Below, piece after piece: positions 38,406 through 53,517 of a DNA stretch of 64,000 bases. How positions within the stretch are numbered: position 1 is the stretch's first letter; every line of letters begins with the position of its first letter. Source of the DNA: Octopus sinensis (lineage: Eukaryota); the NCBI RefSeq assembly GCF_006345805.1, contig NC_042998.1:29388001-29452000 (forward strand), written 5' to 3'. Below the pieces are notes generated by a model. That model ran no database searches. It saw only the letters and a list, made by a program, of their open reading frames with translations, and was not told the origin of the DNA. The translations under genes were made by a program, and so were the position numbers.

Positions 38406-41400
38406 CTGACATTTTATATATTACATCTAAACACCTGCGTCGCAGATTTTCAGAATACATCAAAGTTAAACTATATTAGGTCATCAAATATTCAATTTTA
38501 GCTCAGCAGATTTGAAAAATACTTCTCAGAGTTAGAAAGTACCAGCTTCATACTTAATTGGGTTATATTTCGTAAAAATGCTTCAAGAAAATCTAATTTT
38601 CTTCAGCTGCTAAAATGTAGGTCACACTGAAAATTACTCGATGTTTTGAGAGATATAATTCTTAAAGGGGTTTCATCTGACTGACTTCGCTGTAGGTAGT
38701 CTCATCCCTTTATTTTACCATTAAAATCTCAAATGACTGTAGACATTAATGAAGAGTAAGGAAACGTAAATGGTATGTGGTTTTGATGTCAATTGAACAT
38801 TTATGTCTAACTTGAAAATAAATATTATACGAGATCTTTCTTATTTTATAAATTTCCTTTCATAAATAAAATTATTCTTCTAATGTAAAAGTGAGACTAC
38901 TGTCATTTCAGAGCATTGATCTCCTAAAGTATTATATCTGTACTCCTTATTCTTTGTCAATAAAGGAAAACAGAAATATGGAGGATACTCACCCTTCCTT
39001 CTTTTTATCAATCCTGCTCTGAAAACGCTATCTGAATATTTCGCTTTTCAAACTTTCGGTGAACAAATTATTATGATTCATACATTGCCTTTTGAATATG
39101 ATTATTTAAATACTGTAAATGTCTTTTTTAATTGCTAACTTACCTGTTAAGAGATTCATAAATATAACTAATATTGTACTACGCTATTCTTGATCACAAT
39201 TTCAAAAGACTAGCTTCCTTTAGAACAAGATAATATTTCAGTTTCCAACAATTGCTCAGCTTCTGAAAATAAAGCCCACAGCGGAATATGGCAATAATGA
39301 TGTCAAACATGCTGATAGCCAACATTACAGCTAATAAATTCGTATGGAGTCACTCACCAAGACATTTTTTCCTGGAAAACAGACAGGATGTTTCTCTTTT
39401 TTGCAACTCTTGCCACTAATATGGCAGGTTCTGACTCAGGTCAACGCATTTTGCTATATAATTACTTATCATTATTTCCCCAAAACGATAGTTCCCTGCA
39501 ATTTCCTTCCTTTCCTTACAAGCATTGACTTGTAGTTGTTTAAACGAAGCATCAGCTGCACTGAATTCACCGTTCTCTCAAAGCTTGCTCAGGATCATAG
39601 GTACAGTATCTTACACAAAACCCCACCTCACATTGAATATTTCGCTCCTACATTTCTGTCTCTTGACATGAATGCACAACTGACATGATGGTCACCTCGT
39701 CCGATATAACAGTCCGTTCTTCCAGAACGATTTTTTCCATAACTAGTTTCAATTTATGTCATAATGAAAGTCCTATCTAAAAGCAGATTCCAAATTATAT
39801 TACAGGCCAATACAATATATTTATGTTTATAGTTTATTTAAATGATCTATTACAATATGTAAATTGAAGATACGTGTGTGAAGCGCTTATTGAAATGAAA
39901 TTTAAAATATATGCTAAACTAATATTATTTCATACAAAACTTTCAATCAAAATCTAAAATATTAAATTCATGATACTGAAGAAAGGAATGTAATGACTAC
40001 CAGACACTGTTCTTTTAATATTATATACCACTATTTGAAGAAAATATATATTCAACAGAAAATCTACGTGTATTGACCGTATTTTCTTTCAAATATGAAT
40101 TTTAAAAAATATTCTTTTGATTTCGAATGGTAAGCTATAGAATGACTAAAGCAATGTATATATTTAAGATTTGGCTCTCAAAGATAAACATTATATAATG
40201 CATTAGAATTATTTTTATTCTTTGTAATCTTTACAAATGAAACACAAAAGAACTATTTTATACAAAAGGGAATTAATATACAAATCTTGATATTTTAAAA
40301 TGCAATGAAAGCAACATTTGAAGTAAGTAACAAAATAATTGGAACCAAGCAAAATTTCAGTACAGTACATTATTCCAGGCTGCTATACCAAAATTCATTG
40401 CGATGCGTATTACTGTCAATTGTTCCAACAAAGAAAGAGAATGTTCTAAATCAAAATATTTTAATGCTGGAATTATTGATTTTCACACGGAGGCATCTTT
40501 TGTATGTTCATTTGAGTATAAAATACACGTGTTCAGTAGTGCGGAAAGTGAACATTTCTTGGAAAGCTGAACTCATCATCTAATTATTCTTAACAATGTT
40601 CCTAACAATTATATTAAAATGAGTCGAAACCACGGGAACCCAACGTTCTTATTTATATTTTGGTGCTTTGAATATACTTGCCAATCTTAATAACATTATT
40701 CCTATGGTTAAGTATCTTGGTCTTGTGTTCGATTTCGTCTCATATATCTGACTGTATTTTCGATTTTGCTCCGAACTCAGATTCTTGGATTCATAGCAGT
40801 TGAACTTGTTTCATTCTGCTAAAGAATTCTATTGTCATCGACTTTGTTCTAATATTAAGCTTGTTGAAGATCTGAAGCGTAATACACACACACACACACT
40901 TACGTTAGACATTTCGTTCCATAGATAAATTCTTGAAAGTGTAATAATCGAACCAAGTTAAGCCTTCAATTTAATCCGATTGGGGTAACGTGGGTGTGCA
41001 TAATGTGCATAATTTGAGGCCTCAACAATTACTGGAGCTTACTTAACGTATATTGAAAGTAAGTTACGCTTAAGAAAGAGGACGGTCAAATCGTCTTCCA
41101 ATGCACCTCCAAAGCCCAAACCGACCTACTGTTTCATTCCAGATTTAAAGCGGTATATATATATATATATTCAAAAATTCTATAATTATGAACGTAATTG
41201 TAATTAGGGTTCAGCAAAATTTGCTTCACCACATACCGAAATTTAGAAATAGTTGTTAAAATACTATTCTACTACCATAAGATATCTCCCAAACAGCAAT
41301 ACTCAACAACTCACGCAGGTTAAGAGAAAAAAAAAATGAATCCACCCGACTTTGATTAACTGTATACGCGTTTCAGTGATTGAGGAAGAATGCGAGAGCT

Positions 41401-43678
41401 CATTAGTCTGTTTGAATTCGGAAGTACTGGTTTTTGGATATATGCTATTCGATGGCACTTGGTCTAGTACGTGTGTTAATTATCAGTGCTCTCAAATTTA
41501 AAATTCGAAATACTGTACTTATGAAGGGAATAAGTGAGTAGAAATATGATTTTACATATTTTTACATCTCTTTAACCCCGAAACGCATAGACAGTTAATC
41601 AAAGGAGGGTGGATTTGTTAATATTTTCTACAATTTTTTACTTTGCAATGCTTTCAAAAGGCAGCTATTGTTTTTGTTGGAAGTGGCCTTCCATTAGACA
41701 GGTTGCTATGCAGGAGTGAACCACATCAATACTTGCTATTAGTCCCAGAAAGAGTATGAGACATCTATGCGCATGTTTATCATGCAGAATTGCCAGTAGT
41801 TTGTAGATGACACTTTTTTCTTGTTGCATTGTTCTTTAAGTTACTGTCAACTGTTCGCCTTCCTTACACAGATGAAAAAATGCCCGAGGGAATTAAGGCC
41901 TCTCTACTGAAATATATCCTCTTTACTACCAAGACTTCTGCCGATCCTTGCCATAGCTACACCTGGAACATGGTACTGTTTGATGCATGGTTGCAAGCTA
42001 AAGCGTAAAACAACTCAGAAATGTAATGGTATCCCAGAGAGAAGGCACGCGTACCCATCGATGAGTGGACTCGCTCTGGTATCACTCGATGTGCATTTCA
42101 TATTCTAATGTTTTAGGCAACTACGGGGGGTATTTTTCGGTATGTTTCTGTGGATGCAAACTCTGGCTGTGAAACAGAGGTGTCATCGTATTTGCAAAAA
42201 TAGTTATAAAATGACTGCTAAATAGGATTACTGTATTTAACGCTTTACCAAACGGGTATGGCTTGGTAACTTGTACCATGTTTTCACTAATTGTTTTATA
42301 TATTATTTAGGTCGTGTTTAATCGCATTCTTCATCTTTGGAACCACCGACCATCAAAGCATGCATCAACAAATGATTTGCTCATTGATTTATACGTACAG
42401 GAAACCCCCTCATTGATCCGAGCTTTGATTGAAGAAATAGGCAATGAGGTCGAAATACCGTGGGGGTCTTATAGTTCTCTTACTTCAATGAATCGCTTGT
42501 TATGAATTCTCATCGTCTAAACTGACGAAATGTTCTCCGATGGCAAAAGACAACAAAAAGCATATTCGCTTTCCAAGCTACCAGAATTTATGTTAAGTGT
42601 GGATAGATGCAATATTTGTTTAGATTCTCGCGATTCCGTGTGCATCCATTGAGTTATCGGTTCGGCGGACATGAGCACATTGCGACAGCGAATTTGTTTT
42701 GAAACGTCTATGAACAAAAGTTACTTATCTCGTTTAGATACATTGATGCGTGGTAGCTTTGACTGAAATGTCATACAATGAGGTCGAGTCACCTTGTTGT
42801 CATAAAGCTCCATCACCTAAATGAACAGCGTGTTATGAACACCCATCAACTACTAGAGCAGCAATGAGAATCCGTGAACTATGTTCAAATTTCAAAGGTG
42901 TGCAGCATAATATTTATAATTACTCACTGACATGTTGTTAATTAGTAACCCTTAGCTTTTAGCTGAGTGATTACGGTGAGAAAATGATCTTATTGTTTGG
43001 CAAAACAAAATCGGTTCTTTGAATACATATATCTTTCAGCACTCTAGAATCCATGAACAAGTTATTTAAATATGATTGTGGAGAAAGTATCAGTTACGTT
43101 TATATTGATTTTTGATATTTCATAGCATTTCTCCAAATATCATTTATTCCATAATAGGGCACCTGTGCCTCTTCAATGGCATTTCCCGTTTTATTTAGGT
43201 TTTGCCACTAAATTATTCTTCATACGAGCTGCTCCACTGAACAGTAAATGGAGGACATATTATATGCTTATATACGGGATATTGTAATGCGGTGTCATGG
43301 TATTTGTTTTTCAGCGTAAAGTTCTACCAATTCTCTCGAGAGATGCGATTTCCCAACGGTTTATAAATACGGTGTTATTCTCACTAAGCATAAAAGAATA
43401 ATGAAAAGAGCATTAGCAGTAGTTCTGTTATAAAATGGTGTCCACAGGAAATTGAAACCACATTGCATTGGTAAGAAGTATATTGTTAATAATCTACTTA
43501 TTCTAATGGCTTCCTGTTATTAAAGAAGAAGGTCACGTTCCAGAATTAGATTTTATACAATACATTACTCGATATCTTACCTCCGCACAAAAAAAAGTAT
43601 TCTTTGAATAACTGTTTGAAAAAGGCGTACCAAATATATTATGTTATATTATATTATATTATATATATATATATATAT

Positions 43679-43710
<32 letters not shown>

Positions 43711-43753
43711 ATATAGATATATATATATAACTCGTGTGTTCCTTTTCAAACTT

Positions 43754-43807
<54 letters not shown>

Positions 43808-44131
43808 TCAGTGTTTCGGATGTCGGGGATGAAGCTTGCTCCGGCATCTCACCATTTATTAAGACAAAAATGCTATGTGTGTGTGTATGAATGTGTGTGC
43901 TAGTGTGAGTGTCTGTGCGTGTGTGAGTGTATGCGTATGGATGTGTGTGTGTGTAACATTTGTCAAAAAGAATTACATTTTATAATATAAGCATTATAAT
44001 ATGAAAATTCAATAATGAGAGGAAGACATTCTTAAAAAAAATTAATATTGACCACAAAAGGAGCAGGAAATTATATATATACACATATATATATATACAT
44101 ATACAAACATATATATATATATATATATACA

Positions 44132-44176
<45 letters not shown>

Positions 44177-44392
44177 GCACACGTATGTATGTATGTGTGT
44201 ATATATGTATATCACTCTACTGCAGTTGGTACAAGTCATCGTTTTAGACATGAAGAAGGCAACAAAATTGGGAAAATGTTTTACTCTTAGTTGATAGTCA
44301 AATGTCTCTTTCAGAATCGGTTACTAGCAAAAGGCTATCCTCCTAACTCTACCTACATCATGGCTCGACGATATGTTTGTGTGTGTGTGTTT

Positions 44393-44692
44393 GGAGGCAC
44401 ATGGCCTAGTGGTTAGAGCGGCAGACTCGTGGTCGAGGGATCGCGGGTTCGAATCTCAGATCGGGCGATGTGTGTGATTATGAGCGAAACACCTAAGCTC
44501 CACGCGGCTCCGGCAGAAGGTAATGGCGAACTTCTGCTGACTCTTTCGCCACAACTTTCTCTCACTCTTTCCTACTACATCTTGCAGCTCAGCTGCGACG
44601 GACCGGCGTCTCGTCCAGGTGGGAAACCTATACGCCAAGGAAACCGGGAAACCTGCCCTTATGTGCCAGGCATGGCTCGAGAAGGAACAAAC
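44393..44692 (+). mobile_element. SINE family B with tail type 4
   Basis: ggaggcacatggcctagtggttagagcggcagactcg..gttcgaatc; core gagcgaaacacctaagctccacgcggctccggcag; distinct tail. Confidence 0.88.
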
Positions 44693-44713
44693 AGACACAC
44701 ACACATACACCCC

Positions 44714-44765
<52 letters not shown>

Positions 44766-46651
44766 TATATACATATACATATGCACACACACACACAGAG
44801 TCTTTACGTTGTAACAGGAGAAAAATATCGTATTAGTAGAAGCAAGTCGATTTCCAAATTACAATGATCCACATTACTAGACTCGTCCAGTTTTGTAGTT
44901 CAAACTCTTTTTAGCTCTTTTTAGTATTGCTGATATTTAACAATACGTCGGCTGAGATGGCACCACACAACCGTGTTCAAAATTATTGAGACCTTGACAA
45001 TGTTAGATAAACATGGCCTCTCAAAACCACAGCAATCTCACTTTATTCAGGGATACAGAATTTATGAGTCTTTTCGTAACTTACGCCGTTGGATAATGAG
45101 TTTAAAGATATTTAGCTACAATTTCGAGAACTTCGAGCCACTATATTGAACCTAGAACGACTGCCTTTTGCGAATAACCGTTCCGAAATGAGACATTTTA
45201 CTAAGAGTTAAGATTAAGCATTTTCCCGAATTTCACAAACTTTCTGACGTCCAAACTGACGGCTTGTACCAGCTTCATTTAAGTTTCCGGCTGTAGGTGG
45301 GAAATACCCTAAATATTTGGAGCTGTATAAATTAATTATGTATTAAAGGAATCACTGGTGAGATTGATTTGCTGAAAATTATAGCCGAATCTTTCTTGAA
45401 TCTACCATATTATTTCCCAAGATATTTGAAAACTAAAACCATATATATATGAAAAGTGAAAAAAAAATGGATTTCCAGAGCTGGAATCATTTAGTTTGAG
45501 CAGGTGTGACTTTTGTTTAAGCAACGACTATAATAATGACAGCAATATTACATATACGTAGCGTTGCTACGTGTACCGAGGAAGAAAACAAAATTTTGTA
45601 CAAAATTGTTCGTTAGGCGATAGATTGGATACAAAGGAAAGTTATGTTTTATAGATCCTGGTTGCCGGAATTATAACAAAAAATAATAATAATAATAAAA
45701 TAATAATAATAATAATAATATAATAATAATAATAATAATAAATAAACAATAATCTTTTAGCTGTCATCTCAAGTGTAGTGGGAGTGACATTTCTAATTAC
45801 ACGTTGTAATTAACAGTTAACTAATAATTATAACTGAATCTGCTATTAGCTGGATGTTTTGTTTTTCTTTGCGTGTGTAGTCATTGAAAATATTGAATTT
45901 CAAAACAGAATGGTGAAATGTTGTCAGAAGAGAGGACGTAATTGTTACGTATTATATATTTCTCATTATTATGCTCTCAGAGTACAAGCTAATATTAAAT
46001 TTCGTTTTTGATAGCTCATATTTGAGACAATCGTTCAGGAATTGTCAGCTTTTACGACACTTTTATTGGATAGGCTAAATATAGTATTCTAATAACATGC
46101 CTCAATATATAATATCGCAAAGAATAAAGAGAGGAAGATGACAAGAATGGTCATTATCTATAAATCACAAAGCGACTGGCGAGAATATTTGTGATAATGA
46201 TGATGATGATGGTGATGTTGATGATGGTGATGTTGATGATGATGTGCGTGCGTGTGTGTGTGTTTAGTGATGGTGATAAAAATTTGAGTCCAGGACAGAG
46301 GATGACGAACGTTACAACTATGAAAACGGAACTCGTTCAGCTTAGCAGCTTGGAAGTAATGTTAGAGTTAATTTCTTTTTCAAGATGTGGTTGGAAATTT
46401 AGTTTGAAAAAAAAAAGTTGTTTTATTCGTTCCATTTCGGTGGACGTTAATACACTATTTATGGCTTCGCCAGACTAGTATCGACTGACATTAAGTAAAG
46501 CTTGATGTAGTTTCTGAAAGACAAACATAAAGATCTCTGTCTTTTACAAGTAATGAGATTTTGAAGCACACACAGACACACACGTTGTGTGTGTGTATAT
46601 ATTATATATACAAGCATATATATATATATATATATCTATATATATATATAT

Positions 46652-46732
<81 letters not shown>

Positions 46733-47547
46733 GTGTGTGTGTGTGTGTGTGTGGTGTGTGTGTGTGTGTATGTCTCGGTATACTCTCCACTTTTACTCTT
46801 TTACTAGAACTAGCTCTGATATCGGTGCAGCATCACTAAGCACCTTCCCATCTTAGCATCGTCGCTGTTGTCCTTTTTTATCCTTCAATTTATTCTACTT
46901 TCTATTTCATTTCTCTTTGAACAGCAACAAAACCCCAAATTGAGATAGTAAGTAAACCCCATAAAATTAAAGGTTCAAAATGACCATTGCAAGAAGTGAC
47001 CAATATCAGATTTCAAAACCATGTCTAGATAACGGGACCAGAGACGACAACATAAATATTTGGAGACTGTTGACTTAATTACAGAAAAAGGCCACCAAAT
47101 TACAGAAAAGGCCTCCAAAATTCTATTACTGTCCCTTTATTAGGCTTTGGTTTACTTCTCCTCACGCTTTCTGTCTTCACTCTTCCTTCCTGTATCTCCC
47201 CCCCTCTACTTTTTTCTTTCCTTTTGTTCTTTTTCTTTCTCTTTCCATTTGCTCTTCTTCCCCGATTCATCCTTTCTTTTTCTCTTTCTCTTTCTTCCAC
47301 TCATTACTCTTACCTCTTTTCGCCGCTACCCTGCCCTCTGTCTATATCCCTCATTTATCGCGTTTCATAGGAAACGCCGACTCCGACGAAGTTAGCATTA
47401 GTTTTTAAGGTCGTGAAATTTCTTAGTCAATCCATGGACCGATGGAGTAAACAGACCGATGTACGAACTTATTTTGTTTATTAGAAGCAACTGTAAGCCG
47501 AAAAGGGAATATGTAAAGACCATTATATATTCGTTATCTTACATATA

Positions 47548-47764
47548 CAGTAATCCGTCGCCATATGAAGGTTCACCTATCACGGTTTATTATTTAAGCT
47601 TATGTCGATTCTTCTGTGGTGTTGTTTTGCATATATAAAATAAATATATACAAATTATAAAAAATAAGAAAACAGTATACACTACTGTTTCTACTTCGCG
47701 GATTTTCACCTATTGCGGGTAAGGGGTTTGGTACGTAACATCCGCGATAGTCGAAGGATTACTG
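47548..47764. mobile_element. pogo/Tigger-like MITE
   Basis: TIRs cagtaatccgtcgccatat / gatagtcgaaggattactg with TA on both sides. Confidence 0.75.
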
Positions 47765-47842
47765 TATATTAGTTTTGGTGATGAAGCTCTACGCTGATGC
47801 ACAATTATTAAAGGGGAACCTTACGGATAATAGAAGAGATAT

Positions 47843-48247
47843 ACTCTTTACTCTTTTAGTTGTTTCAGTCATTTGACGGTGACCATGCTGGAGCACCGCC
47901 TTTAGTCGAGCAAATCGACGTGAGGACTTATTCTTTATAAGCCTAGTGCTTATTCTATCAGTCTCTTTTGCCAAACCGCGAAGTTACGGGTACGTAAACA
48001 CACCAGCAACGTTGTCAAGCGATGCTGGGGGACAAACACAGACACAGAAACATATATACACACACATACACACATACATATATACGACGGGCTTCTTTCA
48101 GTTTCCGTCTACCAAATCCATTCACAAGGCTTTGGTCGGCCTGAGGCAATAGTAGAAGACAATTGCCCAAGGTACCACGCAGTGGGATTGAATCCAGAAC
48201 CATGTGTTTGGTAAGCAAGTTACTTACCACACAGCCACTCCTACGCC
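47843..48247 (-). mobile_element. SINE family C
   Basis: Family match. Confidence 0.92.
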
Positions 48248-49383
48248 GATATGTTCATGAAGATTTAAAGGATCTTTTCTGTTTGGCTCACAGTTTTCAA
48301 TTTCTTCAACTTTTGTTCTAATTGATTTCATATTTGGTGTACTGATGCAGTTTTGTATGGTAATCATTAACTGGAAATTCCTTTTCGCCATAAACCAACA
48401 AATAAAGAGCTAATGGCTTTTAAAGTTTTCAAATTTTGAGTAATTTTAGCCAATCGAAAACCACATGCATAAAGTGGCTCATTCCATAGTAACAAGTCAA
48501 GCTTTTACCAAACTGCTTAACCATATGGTCATTTTTTGCATTTAAATGCCATTATTTTAGTATATCTCACGATAACCTCACAGTTCACGTGTTTTAACCC
48601 TTAAATCACGCACTAATATTTTCATTTTTTTATTCTTTGCATAATCGTATGAATTCTCGTGTGTAGAATACAAGTTTTCAAAAGTTTTCTGAAAATTCTA
48701 AAGCATAAAAAGTATTATGAAGTGTTATATGGCGTGCGCAAAGCAGAATTCCTCCACGAAACCACCTTCTGTCACACACAAAATGACAGCTTCCAAATTC
48801 TGTTTGCTGCTTGAGTAAAAATTATCAAAATTTAACACTCTGCAGCCTTAAAAAAAAAATTTCTGGAAAAAGTGAATTATCACCTGAGATTCAGCATAAA
48901 AAATCACACCAATACACCAAATTTAAAATTTTCACTGAATTTAGAATTTCCAAAGTTGCAGCCAAACAGTAAAGATCCGATTTTGGATATAGAGATCTTG
49001 TTAACAGGATACTGAAAAAATAAAGGATACAAATAAAAATAAATAAAATAAGAGGCAATTATAGCCGTCAATGTTTGAATCAACAAGGAGGATAATGAGA
49101 ACAATTATCTGATCGTAAGTTTCTGCCATTCATCAGATTATGTTAGTTCATTTTTTGCTTTTGTATTTCTTTACAGCTTTGTTCATGTGAAGAAATTCTG
49201 GCTTCATAGTTACTATTTTATTTTCTTGGTTCCTATTGCTTTTGTTTTCAACTAAGTATACTAATTATAATTGTTAGGTATCTTTTATTTGAAAATTTCA
49301 ACAGAGCTAATGTCTATGTGAGAAAGAAGGAAGAACATCCGGAAGAAGCTTGCAGCGATTGTCGTGTTTCCTCTCCAGCAGCG

Positions 49384-49455
<72 letters not shown>

Positions 49456-49684
49456 TGTGTGTGTCTTCCATTATTATTGATGCAAATTCATTAATTTTGA
49501 GTGCTTGTCAATCACGGTTTTCTTGATTCTTTAAAACTTATTTAACCGGAGAGAAAGTTGTTTTGAAACTCTTGTTACAATGACCGTTTTGGATTTTCCC
49601 TCAGTAAAAGAATATGTTGTTGTTTTTCTTCTTTTTGTTTATGTGCTTTAAGTGTATGACAATTGTGTAATTGTTGTTTAATTG

Positions 49685-50205
49685 TGGTGAAGAAGAAGAA
49701 GAAACGGAGGGAGGAGAAGGCAGAGGAGGAGAAAGGGGGGAGGACGAGGAAGAGGACGAGTAGGAGAATGAAGAGGAAAAGGAGGAGGATGAAGTGGAAG
49801 GGGAAGAAGATAAAGTGGAAGCGGAAGAGGATGAAGTGGAAGAGGAAGCGGATGAAGTGGAAGCGGAAGAAGATGAAGTGGAAGAGGAAGCGGAGGAGGA
49901 TGAAGTGGTAGAGGAAGTGGATGAAGTAGAAGAGGAAAGGGAGGAGAATGAAGATGAAGTGGAAGAGGAAAGGGAGGATGAAGTGGAAGAAGAAGAGGAA
50001 GAGGATGAAGTGGAAGAGGAAAGGGAGGAGAATGAAGATGAAGAGGAGAAGAATGAAGATGAAGATGAAGATGAAGTGGAAGAGGAGGAGAATGAAGGGG
50101 AAGGGGAGGAGAATGTAGGGGAAGGGGAGGAGAATTAAGGGGAAGGGGAGGAGAATGAAGGGGAAGAGGAGGAGAATGAAGAGGAAGTGGAGGAGGAGAG
50201 AACAA
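49685..50205. repeat. Polypurine GAA/GAG/GATGAAGTG low-complexity tract
   Basis: Direct reading; plus strand is almost pyrimidine-free. Confidence 0.93.
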
Positions 50206-50879
50206 TCAGAAAAATAATTCTGCAATATGATAATCTTATGTGTATGTAACTCGCTCGAATGTTTGAAAACTAAAAGAAGCGCTTAATTACAAGACATTGC
50301 AACGTACTTAGGCAAATTCTTGAGATCTTTAAATTTCTAATGATATTATATGCATCCATTCCGAATTTATATGTATTTTCTAGTTGAGTTTCTCGCACAA
50401 AATTGTACAGTATACATAATGAAACAAGTATCTTGTTTTTAGAAAGTTTCCTATAATTAAAAGTGTTGAGGAACTAAACTTTATTTTATGTATTTCCCTT
50501 TTGTATAAAAGCTCTTCCTGGGTTATTGATCTTAACAATATTCAATAGTCTACATAATGTTAAATGTTAATGAATATTTTGTGCTGTCTAATTAAAGAAG
50601 ACATATATCTAATTTGATGTTTAATGAACTGATAATATACATAATTTTTTTATATACAAAAAGGTTAATGCTCTTGATTTCAGCTTGTAAAGTATTAACA
50701 AACGAGAAGTGATGCGTGCAATATAACACTATATTTTGTTACACGATACATCAGTAGATTTTCCTCTTGTTAAAACTTTCTAATCAATTAGTGATATTCT
50801 ACGTACATTCTATAATATCATTCTGTAAAAATTGGCATTATGCCTATTACATCTTCAATTGGTGTAGCATTTCATTATT

Positions 50880-51065
50880 GCCCTGTCTGCTATAGGCACA
50901 AGTCCCGAATTTTTGGAGAAGTGGGGTAGATATTTTAGCAAACCAGAAAGGATGAAGGGTAAAGTCGACCTCGGTGGAATTTGAATTCAGAATGTAAAGC
51001 TGGACGGAATTCAGCTGAACATTTTAATCGGCGTGCTACAATAGAGTCAGATCATTGCCTTTTTA
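50880..51065 (-). mobile_element. Degenerate SINE family A
   Basis: gaaaggatgaagggtaaagtcgacctcggtggaatttgaattcagaa. Confidence 0.75.
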
Positions 51066-51602
51066 TCATTCTACTCTAATGAAAATAAGTATTTGCTACA
51101 AGCTGGAGAACTTTCAGCTTTTAACATATTTCCGCCGTGCATTCACGTAGGTAGTTTGTATATTTTTAATTATTGTAAATTCATCTCGTGTTGTGCAATT
51201 ACCAACGCGTGATCACAGTAATTATTTTGCGATCTGCACAAGGTAAGGGGCGTGAGAAATTAAGAGGTATTTCAAATCAGGCCTTAAAGTAAAAAACAAA
51301 CCAAAAACATAGCGCAACTTGATTTGTCCGACGCTCAACAGATGTCACTATCTAACTTCTCAGCAACAAAAATTATTAAACTTATTGCTGTGTTTAATGA
51401 AAACATTAATTAGCTATGTCTTAAATAGTTCGATGTCCAATTAGCTGTATTGTCGTTGATACATTGCATAAGATATACAAGAGAGACCCCTTTGGACAAA
51501 GCATTAAATGGATTCAAATATAAGTAGGCTTCAAAGAATTGGTAAGTGAAATCTCCAAGGAAACGTTAGAAATACGTTTTATGTTAAACTTTACATCATT
51601 TC

Positions 51603-51770
51603 AAGACGGCGAGCTGACAAAATTGTTAGAGTCTCGGAAAAAATGTCAAAACGGTATTTTGTCTCCTTAATTAAGATATAAGTTCAATATTCGCCGGAGT
51701 CATCTTTTCCTTTCGATCTTTTTTTGGATCGATACAATAAGTGCCAGTTGAGCATACCAAACTTTACATC
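51603..51770 (+). mobile_element. Highly degenerate SINE family A
   Basis: gacggcgagctgacaaaattgttag..cgccggagtcatcttttcctttc. Confidence 0.55.
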
Positions 51771-51869
51771 GACAACCTAAGAATTACTCAACTTGTGGCA
51801 AAATTTGAAGCCATCAGTTGTTATTTCAAATACTTTTGATTGCCATACCAGTTGTTTCTTGGGGGCAGC

Positions 51870-52018
51870 TGTGGCTGTGGCTATGTGGTAAGAATTTTGC
51901 TTCTATATTACGGGTTCAGTTCCACTGCGTGTTACCTCTGGCTCATTTTCTGCTATAGCTCCTGACCAACAAAAACCTTGTGAGTGGATTATTTAAACGG
52001 AAAACGAAATATGATTAC

Positions 52019-52058
<40 letters not shown>

Positions 52059-52235
52059 ACACACACACTCCCACCGCTTGTCAAACGATGTTGGTCAGTT
52101 TGTGTCACCGTAAAGTAGCGGTTCAGCAAAAAAGATCGATAGAATAAGTAACGGAACTAAGAAATAAGAATGGAAATAGATTTGTTCAACTAAACCTTTC
52201 AAGAAAGTGCCCCAACATGGCCGCAGTCCATGGAA
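51870..52235 (+). mobile_element. Degenerate SINE family C
   Basis: ggctatgtggtaag..gggttcagttccactgcgtg..cttgtgagtggat..gtgcccaacatggccgcagtc. Confidence 0.75.
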
Positions 52236-53039
52236 ACAATAAAAATAAAATATAAAATACAACATTTCATCTATATCGGGTTAATGAATATATGCTAAAC
52301 TTTTCCACCTTCAAGCTAATTTTCAAGATAAATGATTTCGTACCTCTCCACGAAAACTAATATGAAAGTCTGCAGTGAAACTCTGAAACGAAATTCTCGT
52401 TAGCAATCGTGAATCTGTTTGTCAGTAATACGATAACGAGCTTTACAAATGCTTATATTTCAGTACATTTTCTGCATAATTAGACAAGAAACCGATTTTT
52501 CATTAGCGTGCAAATGTCTCTTCAGACGTAATCTCTTTAAGATTGGCTAGATATCAAACAAATAAAGTGCTTATTTCATTTAGGTCGAAGCAAATAGCCC
52601 CAAACAGCAGATCTTTAACAGATTTATATTAGCAGTGTGTGGAAAAGAATTATTTATAGTGCCGAACTTCATAATAAATTGTACTCAGAGTATACACATA
52701 TATAACGAACGAAAGAGAGTGTCTTAAAAATTTACTGACGTTTAGGTTTCTGAATGGTTTTGTATTAAATCCCCAAAGGGTTTAATACATTCAAATCCAA
52801 TTGAATGCACATATCCATTTAATAAAATCTATGGGGACGTCTATTAATGAAAGAAGTAGTTTAGCACTCGAAACCTCTTACTATTACAATCGTTGCCGGT
52901 CTCTGTTCGTCATGTGTACACTTATTCCCCATTTACACTTTTACTCTATTCATATTTTCTTCGTCTTCCCATACAAAAAAAAAAAATATCTCGAAAATTG
53001 AATCACCCCAGATGGCATTTACTAAACCAATTAAGGGCG

Positions 53040-53517
53040 TGCCTGATCTCGATTACTGGGACCGCCTTAAAGCATTGAAACGATACATCATTTGCACGAT
53101 GTAGAGTATATACTGCCAGCATTGCCCAAACGACCTCAACATTAGCTTCAAAATTTATCCAAGGCTAGGACCACTGGTCATACGTCTGCTATTCAATTCA
53201 GGATTACAACACATAAATACACTTCAACACAATTTCTTTTCCTCAACAGGCCCTGCCCTATTTAACATAGTCCAAAAAAACAAAAGATCAAAGAGGAAAA
53301 GGATCCCATTACTTTTAAACGGAATCTCGGCAAATTTCTTCAAGGAATACCAGATAATCTACCTATACCTGGATACAATTCACTCAACAAGAGCTCCCTA
53401 CAGGAATGGACCATGATACCACAAAACTTGACATAAAAAGGATTTATGGAATCCTATCAGGTGGTGCTATTAAGTTAGACATGGCATAGACCAATCTCTG
53501 GTCTAAATATATCTAAG

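Noticed and set aside
41570-42900. Possible decayed piggyBac/Merlin/hAT transposase and ORF 42314-42505
   Set aside because: TTAA-CCC-like start and faint motifs, but no coherent catalytic pattern or matching right end.
15871-46856. Many ORFs rich in Y/I, C/V, H/T or poly-L
   Set aside because: They are translations of TA, TG/CA and ATT microsatellites with no coding signal.
49794-50138. 114-aa acidic E/D-rich protein
   Set aside because: Entirely within a purine repeat; all frames are open because of composition; no splice or flanking coding evidence.
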